Assembly (NCBI GenBank): GCA_018817715.1
Contig: JAHITT010000001.1
Location: 109,781-173,780, forward strand
Direction of reading: 5' to 3'
DNA from: Patescibacteria group bacterium
GTDB taxonomy: Bacteria; Patescibacteriota; Patescibacteriia; Veblenbacterales; UBA10138
Length of the DNA: 64,000 bases
In this document: piece after piece, positions 35,899 through 44,688 of the stretch
How the letters are laid out: every line of letters begins with the position of its first letter
Numbering within the stretch: the stretch's first letter is position 1
Notes under the pieces: model-generated
What the model was told of the DNA's origin: nothing
What the model saw: the letters and a program-made list of their open reading frames with translations, nothing else
Database searches by the model: none
Program-made: the position numbers and the translations under genes

Positions 35899-36204
35899 AT
35901 GAGCATGTTTTCCAAACTCAAAGAAATTAAAGATTTAAGACATCAAGCTAAATCCATTCAAGACTTGTTAGCGCAAGAACACGTAGAAACCTCGGCTGCC
36001 TGGGGTAAAGTTACGGTTAAAATGAGTGGCAATCAGGAAATAGAAGAAATAATTATTGACCGAGAATTAATGACGCCTGATAAAAAATCCGACTTAGAAA
36101 AAGGCCTTAAAGAAGCGGTTAATGAAGCTAACAAAAAAGTACAAAAAATCATGGCCGCCAAAGTGCGTCAGCAAGGCGGTTTGAATATTCCTGGACTTAA
36201 GTAA
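35899..36204 (+). CDS. ybaB: YbaB/EbfC nucleoid-associated protein
   Basis: About 100 aa with the conserved ...VTVKMSGNQEIEEIIID... motif and C-terminal GGLNIPGL. Confidence 0.7.
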   Translation: MSMFSKLKEIKDLRHQAKSIQDLLAQEHVETSAAWGKVTVKMSGNQEIEEIIIDRELMTPDKKSDLEKGLKEAVNEANKKVQKIMAAKVRQQGGLNIPGLK

Positions 36205-36210
36205 TAACTT

Positions 36211-36651
36211 ATGGAAAAGGCTTGCGATTTTTGTAATAAAAACAATTTCGCCACCAGAATTTATTTGGAAAATAAATACTTTTATTGGCTACTAAACAGA
36301 CGACCCCTTAAACCTGGGCATACTTTAATAATTCCCAAAAAACACTGCCTGGCTTTAACCGACCTAACCACCGAAGAAAACTCCCTTTTGTTAAATGATT
36401 TAAAAAAATATTTACCCCAGTTATTAAAAGTTTTTAAAGCTGTTGGTTATAATTTAGCTATTAATTTTTCTGAAACAGCCGGACAAACCGTCCCCCATTT
36501 ACATATTCATATCGTTCCCCGGCCACAAAGTGACTCCACAGAAAAAGTTGATTATGTCCGAGCTGAATTTTACCGCAATACGCCGGAAATTAATCGAACC
36601 CTGCTAACAGAACAAGAAATTAATCAGCAAATTAAACTACTTAATCAATGA
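36211..36651 (+). CDS. HIT (histidine triad) family hydrolase
   Basis: HLHIHIVPR histidine triad. Confidence 0.8.
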   Translation: MEKACDFCNKNNFATRIYLENKYFYWLLNRRPLKPGHTLIIPKKHCLALTDLTTEENSLLLNDLKKYLPQLLKVFKAVGYNLAINFSETAGQTVPHLHIHIVPRPQSDSTEKVDYVRAEFYRNTPEINRTLLTEQEINQQIKLLNQ

Positions 36652-37217
36652 AACAAGCAGTTATAATTCATGGTTTTGGTGGTAGCCCAGACAATGGTTT
36701 TAAAGGCTGGCTTAAAAATGAATTAGAGCAAGCCGGATGGACAGTTTTTAATCCGCAAATGCCCAACCCCAAACAACCTCTCCAACAAGACTGGGTAAAT
36801 ACCATAATTCAAAATATTCCTAATCCGGACCAACAAACTTACCTGGTGGGCCACAGTTTAGGCTGTATTGCCATACTGCGGTATTTAGAACAATTGCCAA
36901 ACAATATAAAAATCGGCGGCGTCTTCTTGGTGGCCGGTTTTAGTCAAATGCTAAAAGATGCCAAATACCAACCTCTGGCTAATTTTTTTAATAAACCGAT
37001 TGCTTGGCCCAAAATCAAACAAGTTTGTCCTAATTTAATTTGTTTTTTCTCTAACAATGATTGGGCTGTGCCGGCTAAACAAATTACACCTTTTAAACAA
37101 CAGGGCGCTAAAATAATTATTTTGCCAGACCGTGGCCATTTTTCCGACAATGACGGCTGTATTAATTTACCAGAACTAAAGCAAGCTATCCTCAATTTAT
37201 CCAAAAAACCCGCTTGA
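36648..37217 (+). CDS. alpha/beta serine hydrolase (YdeN/RBBP9-like)
   Basis: IIHGFGGSPDNGF...VGHSLGC nucleophile elbow. ATGA overlap with the HIT gene. Confidence 0.6.
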   Translation: MKQAVIIHGFGGSPDNGFKGWLKNELEQAGWTVFNPQMPNPKQPLQQDWVNTIIQNIPNPDQQTYLVGHSLGCIAILRYLEQLPNNIKIGGVFLVAGFSQMLKDAKYQPLANFFNKPIAWPKIKQVCPNLICFFSNNDWAVPAKQITPFKQQGAKIIILPDRGHFSDNDGCINLPELKQAILNLSKKPA

Positions 37218-37231
37218 TTAAGCGGGTTTTT
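37205..37231 (+). terminator. rho-independent terminator
   Basis: aaaaacccgctt-gatta-agcgggttttt. Confidence 0.6.
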
Positions 37232-37258
37232 AAAAAATGAAACAAAATCTCCAATTAA

Positions 37259-37843
37259 TTGTATTATATAGATATGGACTTAACTGCTTTAACAGACGAA
37301 CAATTAGCTAATAAGGTACAACAGGGCCAATTTGAAGCCTTTGACCAACTAATGTCCCGCTATCAAGAAAAAATTCTGCGCTATGTAAAACGGCTAACCA
37401 ATAACCGGCCAGATAGCGAAGATATTGTTCAGGAAACCTTTTTAAAAGCTTACCAAAATATTAATAGCTTTAAAATTGATATGCGTTGGTCGCCCTGGCT
37501 GTACCGTATCGCCCATAATTTAAGCTTTAATTTTTTAAAACGTTTAAGCTACAGCCCCTTGCCGTTTTTTGACCCCGACACCCTGTGGCCCCATCCTGTA
37601 GCTCCCGAAGATCCTAATAAAGATATTTTGGATAAAGAACTGAAAGAACATTTAGATGACTGTTTAAAAAAATTAAAACCCAAATACCGCGAAGTAGTTA
37701 TTATGCGCCACCAAGAAGACTTATCCTACAAAGACATAGCAGAAATTCTAAAAATACCTTTGGGCACAGTTAGCATCCGGCTCAAACGGGCTGGCCAAGA
37801 GCTTAAAAAAATTTGCCAACCACAGGATTTAAAATATGACTAA
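37259..37843 (+). CDS. ECF-subfamily RNA polymerase sigma-70 factor (second copy)
   Basis: Region 2 (EDIVQETFLKAYQNINSFK, WLYRIAHNLSFNFLK) and region 4 (LSYKDIAEILKIPLGTVSIRLKRA). Confidence 0.8.
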   Translation: MYYIDMDLTALTDEQLANKVQQGQFEAFDQLMSRYQEKILRYVKRLTNNRPDSEDIVQETFLKAYQNINSFKIDMRWSPWLYRIAHNLSFNFLKRLSYSPLPFFDPDTLWPHPVAPEDPNKDILDKELKEHLDDCLKKLKPKYREVVIMRHQEDLSYKDIAEILKIPLGTVSIRLKRAGQELKKICQPQDLKYD

Positions 37844-38624
37844 ACTCAATCAACCACTCAATTTAAATAACCTTAAACAACTGGTCACAGCCAAAATAAC
37901 CAGCGGCCAAGTAAAAATGCACAGCAAAACTTTCTTTGCTACGGGCCGAGTTTTAAGTTGGCTAAGCGGCCTATTGTTTAGCTTATTATTAATACTGCTA
38001 ACTAGTTTTATAGTTTATGTTCTACGTTATAATAGTTTAGTTTTTAAAGGCTTTGGTTGGTCTGGTTTAAATATTTTTCTAAATTCCTTGCCTATTTTAG
38101 CCTTAATAATCGTTACTTTACTGGGTTTAAGTTTAAGCTTATTAGCTTGGCGCCAAACACCAGCTTATAAAAAACCAGCCGCTTACACTGTTGGACTCAC
38201 TATAGTTGTAAGCCTAATAATCGGCTTAGCTATTAATCTAACCCCTTTGCATGCCCGACTGGCTGAAAAAGCCTTTAACCGACAATTACCAGTTTTAGGT
38301 CCAGTCTATAGCCAAAATCTTAATGGCCGCTGGTTAGGCGCTACCGCTGGCACTATCACAGATATACAAAATAATAATTGGGAAATTGAAGATAATTTGC
38401 AAACTCTGTGGTTAGTAAAAATAAGCCCAACCACTCGCTTTCCTTTTGATAAAGATTTCCACATTGGCGATAAAGTCATAATCCACGGACCAACCAGTAA
38501 CCAAACCATCAAAGCTAAGGGGGTTAGAAAAATAGATGATCAAGAAAAAATAAACTTCCCTCATATGCAAAATGGACGAGGTCCGGGTAAATTACGCAAC
38601 CCGCGACCATTACCCAATCCCTAA
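37836..38624 (+). CDS. putative membrane anti-sigma factor (3-4 TM)
   Basis: ATGA overlap with the sigma gene. Hydrophobic helices LLFSLLLILLTSFIVYVL, LPILALIIVTLLGLSLSLLAW and VGLTIVVSLIIGLAI. Confidence 0.4.
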   Translation: MTKLNQPLNLNNLKQLVTAKITSGQVKMHSKTFFATGRVLSWLSGLLFSLLLILLTSFIVYVLRYNSLVFKGFGWSGLNIFLNSLPILALIIVTLLGLSLSLLAWRQTPAYKKPAAYTVGLTIVVSLIIGLAINLTPLHARLAEKAFNRQLPVLGPVYSQNLNGRWLGATAGTITDIQNNNWEIEDNLQTLWLVKISPTTRFPFDKDFHIGDKVIIHGPTSNQTIKAKGVRKIDDQEKINFPHMQNGRGPGKLRNPRPLPNP

Positions 38625-38700
38625 TTATGAAACAAAAGAGTCGGCCCGTTTGTATTAATAAGTGAAAGGTCGATTAATAAAAACTTATCTTAGTAAACTT

Positions 38701-39144
38701 ATGAAAAAAACAGCTATTATGGTAACTTCGTTAGTTTTGGGTTTAGGCTTGGTTTATACTGCTTTAGCCGCTGGACCAACCAACAGTTACAAAAATAACC
38801 AAGCCGGTTTTGGTCGGCAAAATATGTTAGATAGTAAAGCTAAAATATTAGGCCTAACTAGCGACGAATTAAAAACCAAACTGGATTCTGGTTTAAACTT
38901 CCAACAAATTGCCGAGCAACAGAATATCTCCTTAGCTGATTGGCAAGCTAAAATAAAAGCCAATCATCAGGAAAAATTACAAAAAATGGTAAGTGCTGGA
39001 ATTATTACTCAAGACCAAGCTGACAGCCGTTTACAACAAATGGCCGAAAGGCAAAACAATCACCCTAACAACCAACCCTTTAACAAAGGTGCCAACCGAG
39101 GCTTACATTTTGGCAGAGGTATGAGTTTAGGTCTTAATCGTTAA
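38701..39144 (+). CDS. secreted hypothetical protein (signal peptide)
   Basis: MKKTAIMVTSLVLGLGLVYTALAAG signal peptide. Q/N-rich. Start chosen at the internal Met of the ORF-track ORF. Confidence 0.4.
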   Translation: MKKTAIMVTSLVLGLGLVYTALAAGPTNSYKNNQAGFGRQNMLDSKAKILGLTSDELKTKLDSGLNFQQIAEQQNISLADWQAKIKANHQEKLQKMVSAGIITQDQADSRLQQMAERQNNHPNNQPFNKGANRGLHFGRGMSLGLNR

Positions 39145-39341
39145 TCTTTAAGACTAACTAATTCACTGCTAAAAAGAGCTTTATTTATAAGCTCTTTTTG
39201 GTATAATAAACAAGTGTTAATAAGTCAAAATAAACAAATCTTAATCCCGCCCTGGCGGGACTAAATCTTAAATAATTCTCAATACCCAAATCAAAATTAG
39301 GATTTAGGATTTAGGATTTAAAATTTTTAATTTTTTCTATC

Positions 39342-39941
39342 ATGTCACCCACTCCGCACGCTTTAGAACAATTACTCAAAGAATTTTCCCAACTACCTGG
39401 CATCGGCCCTAAAACAGCTGAACGCTTAGTTTACTATTTACTTAAAAAACCAAAAAATAATTTACTAAATTTTGCCGCTAGTCTAAAAAAAGTCCATGCT
39501 GAAGTAGGTACTTGTTCTGTTTGTTTTAGGTTTGCCGATCAGAATCCTTGCCAGATTTGTACCGATAGTAAACGTGATCATCATATTATCTGCGTAGTAG
39601 CCGCCAGCCAAAATATACCCGCCCTAGAAAAAACTCACGCCTTCCATGGTTTATATCATGTTTTGGGTGGTTTAATAAATCCTTTGGAAGGCATAACGCC
39701 GGATCAAATACGTTTTAAAGAATTAATAAATCGCTTAAAAACCAATGGCGTTCAAGAAGTAATTCTGGCCCTTAATCCTGACATAAATGGCGAAACAACC
39801 AATTTATATTTAAGTCAAATGATAAAACCTTTAAAAATAAAAGTTACTCGCCTGGCTCGTGGCCTGCCCATGGGAGCTGATTTGGAATATGCTGACGAAA
39901 TAACTTTGGAAAACGCTCTTAAAGAACGACGGGAATTGTAA
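39342..39941 (+). CDS. recR: recombination protein RecR
   Basis: HhH (LPGIGPKTAERL), C4 zinc finger (CSVC...CQIC) and Toprim domain. Confidence 0.9.
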   Translation: MSPTPHALEQLLKEFSQLPGIGPKTAERLVYYLLKKPKNNLLNFAASLKKVHAEVGTCSVCFRFADQNPCQICTDSKRDHHIICVVAASQNIPALEKTHAFHGLYHVLGGLINPLEGITPDQIRFKELINRLKTNGVQEVILALNPDINGETTNLYLSQMIKPLKIKVTRLARGLPMGADLEYADEITLENALKERREL

Positions 39942-39960
39942 TAATACTGGTAGCCAATCT

Positions 39961-39996
39961 ATAACCCCACTTAGCTTTAAGCCAAGTGGGGTTATA
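39961..39996. terminator. bidirectional terminator hairpin
   Basis: ataaccccacttagc-tttaa-gccaagtggggttat. Confidence 0.6.
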
Positions 39997-40000
39997 TTAT

Positions 40001-40138
40001 TTATTCATCATCCTCATCATCTTCTTCTTCCTCTTCAGATTCTTTGTCGTACTCTTCTGTTTCTTCTTCTTGAGGTTGATAACCAGCAACGTCATCGTTG
40101 GCTTGGTCATCATTTTGTATCAGCTCGTCATCGAGCAT
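40001..40138 (-). CDS. small acidic ORF (45 aa, D/E-rich)
   Basis: MLDDELIQNDDQANDDVAGYQPQEEETEEYDKESEEEEEDDEDDE lies between two terminator hairpins. Under 60 aa so absent from the ORF track. May not be expressed. Confidence 0.2.
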   Translation of the reverse strand: MLDDELIQNDDQANDDVAGYQPQEEETEEYDKESEEEEEDDEDDE

Positions 40139-40196
40139 ATGTTATATCCTTGTTCTTTAGTTTTTTAAAACTAAAGCATTAGGTTGATTAGTTTAT

Positions 40197-40514
40197 TTAA
40201 GATATCTTACCTACCTTAACTTCGGTAAAAGGCTGCCGGTGGCCATAAACTTTATGATACCTGACCTTGGCTTTATAATGGACTACTCTTATTTTTTTAG
40301 CCCGACCCTGTTTTAAAACCGTTGCCTTAATTTCCAATTTTACATTGGGTTGGCCAATGGTTACTTCAGAACCATCATCTTCGGCTGTTAACAAAACATC
40401 ATTTAAAACAAAATCTTTAGCCACTTCCGAATTAATTTTTTCTATTTTTAAAACATCGCCCTCGTGAACCAAATACTGTTTGCCACCAGTGCGAACTACG
40501 GCCATCTTAGACAT
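40197..40514 (-). CDS. rplU: 50S ribosomal protein L21
   Basis: MAVVRTGGKQYLVHEGDVLKIEKI... Confidence 0.9.
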   Translation of the reverse strand: MSKMAVVRTGGKQYLVHEGDVLKIEKINSEVAKDFVLNDVLLTAEDDGSEVTIGQPNVKLEIKATVLKQGRAKKIRVVHYKAKVRYHKVYGHRQPFTEVKVGKIS

Positions 40515-40607
40515 AATTTAAATACCATTAAAAATATAAGCTTAGGTAGAATACTATAACCACTGGCTAGTGTCAACCCTGCAAACAATTAATTTTTTTG
40601 GCTAATC

Positions 40608-41063
40608 TTAGGGTAAATATTCAATTTTAAGACCCTCTTTAACATTATTTTCTTTAGCCCAACCAGCTGAAGTTTCTAAAACCATATCCACTGGTTGAGG
40701 CGGGGTAACAGTTTGCACACGAGGATCTTCTAGTAAGGGTGGTGGCACGTTACTGTTTATACCCACCACCACACCTTGATAAAACCAAATTATATCAATA
40801 GAAAAGTTCATTTTATCCATCCAAAAAGTATAAACATCCGACTGACCAAAAACAAACAACATTCCCCGATTTTTATTTAAAAAAGGCCGACCAGACAAAC
40901 CTTTAGCTTGATCCTCTGGGGTAGTAGCTAGTTCCACTGTTAACTCACCCTGAGCTAATTTAATTCTTTTTTCTGGTAAGGTTTTAAGAGTCTGCTGAGC
41001 ACTACAACCGGCCAATAAAATTACTACCAAACTTAGCCCTATAAGGCTTGACTTTTTTAGCAT
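40608..41063 (-). CDS. DUF192 (COG1430) lipoprotein
   Basis: Lipobox LLAGCSA, and the core ...MLFVFGQSDVYTFWMDKMNFSIDIIWF... typical of DUF192. Confidence 0.6.
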   Translation of the reverse strand: MLKKSSLIGLSLVVILLAGCSAQQTLKTLPEKRIKLAQGELTVELATTPEDQAKGLSGRPFLNKNRGMLFVFGQSDVYTFWMDKMNFSIDIIWFYQGVVVGINSNVPPPLLEDPRVQTVTPPQPVDMVLETSAGWAKENNVKEGLKIEYLP

Positions 41064-41153
41064 ATTGGTATTATAGTAAAGTATTCTTTAAAAATCTATT
41101 AAATAAATTTGGTCACCCAAAACAAAAACAACCTTAACAATTAGGAGTACATC

Positions 41154-41705
41154 ATGGAAATAGCACTGATAGCCTTATTAGAAGAGTTCTTTCAGTTAGT
41201 TAAATCTAGAATAACCAGCACTTCTACCCAAATATTTATTGAACAATTTTCCTTGTTTTGTAAAAAATATTCCATCATAGAAACTGACAGGGAGAAATTC
41301 CTAAAATCGTCTATCAATAGTTACAATATAAAATATGAAGACGAAACTTCTCACGAAAAATTCGATAAACTAAATAACTTGCCTGAGTTTAGAGAATTAA
41401 TAGATAATATAAAAATTGCCACCAAAGAAAAAAAAGAAATAGACATCTTAAGAAATCAACTTTTTGAATCTATAGACAAAGAAGAATTTGAAAAAACAAT
41501 ATTTAAAGAAATTGAAAAAAACATTCTAGAAACAAATAAAGATATTTTTACTAACAACAAAATATCCAATCTGATAATAGAATGTAATCGCTGGTCAATT
41601 AAACCAAATAAAATAATGTCAACAGTAAAAGAATCTTGCAAAGATCCTCAAATATATTTTGACAAAAAAATCTCTGTTTTCTCTATTGCTGAATTTATAA
41701 ATTAA
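41154..41705 (+). CDS. hypothetical protein, markedly AT-rich, K/E/I/N-rich
   Basis: 183-aa ORF whose base composition differs from its neighbours. No recognisable motif. Confidence 0.35.
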   Translation: MEIALIALLEEFFQLVKSRITSTSTQIFIEQFSLFCKKYSIIETDREKFLKSSINSYNIKYEDETSHEKFDKLNNLPEFRELIDNIKIATKEKKEIDILRNQLFESIDKEEFEKTIFKEIEKNILETNKDIFTNNKISNLIIECNRWSIKPNKIMSTVKESCKDPQIYFDKKISVFSIAEFIN

Positions 41706-41733
41706 TATACACAATAATTCCTTCAAGGTCCGC

Positions 41734-42783
41734 TTATATAAGTTGGCCTTGCTTTTTTTTATAAGCCCAAACCAATACTATACCTAACATTATCATTACT
41801 AAAACCAAAACCAGCAAAGCCCAAATTTTACCTAAGCTACTTAAAAATAAAGCTGTTAAACCAAACAAAGCAGTTAAAACATAAAGAAAAACCACTGCTT
41901 GACGATGCGATAAACCAACATCCAATAAACGATGGTGCAAGTGGCGCCTATCTGAAGCTGCTAAACTTTTCTTTTCCAAAAACAAACGTCTAATAATTAC
42001 CCAAACCACATCCAATATCGGCACGCCCATAACTAACAAAGCCGTAGCAATTTTACTACCGCTAATAATAGCCAATACACCCAACATAAAACCAATATAC
42101 AAACTACCACCTTCGCCCAAAAAAATCTTAGCCGGCTGCCAGTTCCACCACAAAAAACCTAAACAAGCGCCCGCCATCACCAAAGCCAAATAACCAACCG
42201 ACGGCTGGTAAAAGGCTGTTACTTGAGTTAAACCAAAAATTATTAAACTACCAATTAAACCAATACCCGTAGCCAAACCATCTAAACCATCTAATAATTT
42301 AGTGGTATACATAGTGCCTAACAGCCAAAAAAAGGTCAAAAACAAGCCTAAATAAGGCCAAAAATCATTAAGCTTAATAACACCGCCCAAGGGATTGGTA
42401 ACAGCCGAAACTGTCACACCGCCAACCATAACAGTGGCCACCGCTAGCAGTGGCCAAAGAATCTGTTGCCAAGGCTTAAGTTTGTAGCAATCATCCAAAT
42501 ACCCGCCGACCATTAATAAACCACTGCCAATCATTAAACTTATAATTTGTCTAGCAGTTATATCTCGACCAATTATTAAATCTGTAAAAAAGGCTAAATA
42601 ACCAACCAACAACAAAACTGTTAACCAAATAGCCGTACCGCCCAACAAAGCCACCGGTTGTGAATGAATTTTTCTTAGATTATCCGGATTATCCACTATT
42701 TTAAAATGCCAAGCTACTTTTTTTACTAAAAAAGTTAAACTATAAGCCACTATAAAACTGATAATAAAAAAAATAATTTTCAT
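41734..42783 (-). CDS. glycosyltransferase family 4 polyprenyl-phosphate sugar-phosphotransferase (WecA/MraY-like)
   Basis: 10-11 TM. KLLDGLDGLATG motif of the MraY/WecA superfamily. No clear MraY-specific PTMGG. Confidence 0.7.
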   Translation of the reverse strand: MKIIFFIISFIVAYSLTFLVKKVAWHFKIVDNPDNLRKIHSQPVALLGGTAIWLTVLLLVGYLAFFTDLIIGRDITARQIISLMIGSGLLMVGGYLDDCYKLKPWQQILWPLLAVATVMVGGVTVSAVTNPLGGVIKLNDFWPYLGLFLTFFWLLGTMYTTKLLDGLDGLATGIGLIGSLIIFGLTQVTAFYQPSVGYLALVMAGACLGFLWWNWQPAKIFLGEGGSLYIGFMLGVLAIISGSKIATALLVMGVPILDVVWVIIRRLFLEKKSLAASDRRHLHHRLLDVGLSHRQAVVFLYVLTALFGLTALFLSSLGKIWALLVLVLVMIMLGIVLVWAYKKKQGQLI

Positions 42784-42784
42784 A

Positions 42785-43183
42785 TTAACCTTGTTTAGTT
42801 TTATCTAACCAGGTTTGTAATAAAAAAACTGCCGCCAATTCATCACGCTCCTTAGGACTACCTTGATTAATGGCCGTATCAGCCTGTCGCGAAGTTAATC
42901 TTTCATCCTGCAAACTAACCGGCACCGATAAGCTATCTGTTAATAATTTGGCAAAACGCTGGCAATCTTTAGTTTGTTCGGAAATTTGACCAGATAAACT
43001 TACTGGCTCCCCTACTACTACTCGACTAACACCTTCTTCGGTTATCAAACTTGTAATAGCTGTTAATATTTCATTATCAGATAAATCTTTTAGCACACCA
43101 CGCGGAAAAGCTAAACCTATTTCGGTATCACCAATAGCTAAACCAACTCGCTTACTACCATAATCTATGGCCAAAATCTTCAT
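42785..43183 (-). CDS. ruvX: Holliday-junction resolvase-like YqgF/RuvX
   Basis: MKILAIDYGSKRVGLAIGD... RNase H-like fold. Confidence 0.8.
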   Translation of the reverse strand: MKILAIDYGSKRVGLAIGDTEIGLAFPRGVLKDLSDNEILTAITSLITEEGVSRVVVGEPVSLSGQISEQTKDCQRFAKLLTDSLSVPVSLQDERLTSRQADTAINQGSPKERDELAAVFLLQTWLDKTKQG

Positions 43184-43207
43184 ATAACCAACTTAAAAAG
43201 TAAAATC

Positions 43208-43972
43208 TTATTTAGTTAATATCTCACAACCTTTATCAGTAACGGCTACAGTTACTTCAAAATGAGCTGACAGGCTACCGTCAGTAGTTACAACTGTCCA
43301 ACCATCAGATAAAACTTTAATATCAGACTGGCCCATATTAACCATTGGTTCTAAAGCTACAGTCATACCAGTTTTAAACTTTAAACCTTGGCCCGCCTGA
43401 CCAAAATTTGGTATGGGCGGATCTTCGTGAACAGCATAACCAACCCCGTGACCAACCATTTGTTTAACCACACTAAAACCCTGCTTTTCAACATAAACCT
43501 GAACAGCCTGACCAAAATCTCCAACAGTAGCCCCGTCTTTAATAACAGCCAAACCAACACTTAAAGCCTGCTTGGTAACCTTAATTAGCTTTTCTGCTTG
43601 GCTAGATATTTTCCCCACGGCCACGGTTATAGCCATATCAGTACATAAGCCTTGATACCAACAACCAACATCTAAACCAACTAACTGGCCAGTTTGCAGT
43701 ATAATATTGGAACTAGGCAAACCATGTACTACGGCGCTGTCAACCGAAGTGCATAAAGTCGCCGGATAAGGATTACCAGTTTCTTTACCATAATGTAAAA
43801 AAGAGGGTTTAGCTCCCCTATCTTTTAATAATTTTTCCGCCAAATCATTTAAATAAGCCGTACTAACGCCTGGTTTAACTTCTGTAGCTACTAAATGTAG
43901 AACCTCAGCTAAAATCCGCCCACCTTGGCGCATTATTTCTATTTCTTCGTTTTTTTTAATCAATTTAGACAT
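43208..43972 (-). CDS. map: methionine aminopeptidase type I
   Basis: Pita-bread fold motifs GxDVGCWYQGLCTDM and HGVGYAVHEDP. Confidence 0.9.
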   Translation of the reverse strand: MSKLIKKNEEIEIMRQGGRILAEVLHLVATEVKPGVSTAYLNDLAEKLLKDRGAKPSFLHYGKETGNPYPATLCTSVDSAVVHGLPSSNIILQTGQLVGLDVGCWYQGLCTDMAITVAVGKISSQAEKLIKVTKQALSVGLAVIKDGATVGDFGQAVQVYVEKQGFSVVKQMVGHGVGYAVHEDPPIPNFGQAGQGLKFKTGMTVALEPMVNMGQSDIKVLSDGWTVVTTDGSLSAHFEVTVAVTDKGCEILTK

Positions 43973-43973
43973 T

Positions 43974-44615
43974 CTACTTTCTGGATAATAATTCTTTTTC
44001 TATCAAAGACGCTACCTGATCAATAGTCTGATGGCCATCAATGGTTAACAAAGTTCCTTTTTGTTTATAAAACTCTAACAAAGGTTCGGTTTGATCATGA
44101 TAAGTTTGTAAACGCTGTTTAATAACTTCTGGAACATCATCAACCCGTTGTTCTAAAGCCCCACCGCATTTATTACAAATCCCCACTTGGCTAGGTGGCT
44201 GATAATCAATATGATAAACTGCCCCACAAACCAAACAATTCCGCCGGCCAGCAATTCTTTTAATTCCTTCTTCATCCGATAAAGCCAAATTAATAACTAA
44301 AACATCTGGCATTAATTTATACAAAAATTCAGCCTGGGCCAAAGTCCTAGGATAACCGTCTAATATAAATCCTTGAGGCGACTCACCTAACCTAGCCCCC
44401 ACCAAATGATTGGTAATGTCATCGGGCATCAACTGACCTTTATCTATCACCTCTTTTACCTGCTGACCTAAATTAGAACCACTGCTAACAGCCTGCCGAA
44501 AAATTTCACCAGTAGAAATATGAGCCAAACCAAAACCGGCGGCTAATCTTTTGGCTTGGGTTCCTTTGCCACTACCCTGTGGACCAATAATAACAAAGTG
44601 CCTATTTAATATCAT
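43974..44615 (-). CDS. adk: adenylate kinase with zinc-binding LID
   Basis: IIGPQGSGKGTQA, and the CLVCGAVYH...CNKCGG lid. Confidence 0.9.
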   Translation of the reverse strand: MILNRHFVIIGPQGSGKGTQAKRLAAGFGLAHISTGEIFRQAVSSGSNLGQQVKEVIDKGQLMPDDITNHLVGARLGESPQGFILDGYPRTLAQAEFLYKLMPDVLVINLALSDEEGIKRIAGRRNCLVCGAVYHIDYQPPSQVGICNKCGGALEQRVDDVPEVIKQRLQTYHDQTEPLLEFYKQKGTLLTIDGHQTIDQVASLIEKELLSRK

Positions 44616-44688
44616 AAAAACAAAAACCGTTGTTTAAAATCCAACGGCTCAATTTTACCTTGATTAAACGACTTTATCAAGAATCTTC

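Noticed and set aside
34196-37204. ORFs 34196-34411(+), 34961-35416(-), 36944-37204(-)
   Set aside because: Antisense within the exonuclease, dnaB and serine-hydrolase genes.
39986-40168. 60-aa plus-strand ORF (MGLYYLFIILIIFFF...)
   Set aside because: Low-complexity Phe/Leu reading of the antisense of the acidic micro-ORF region (GAA/GAG repeats).
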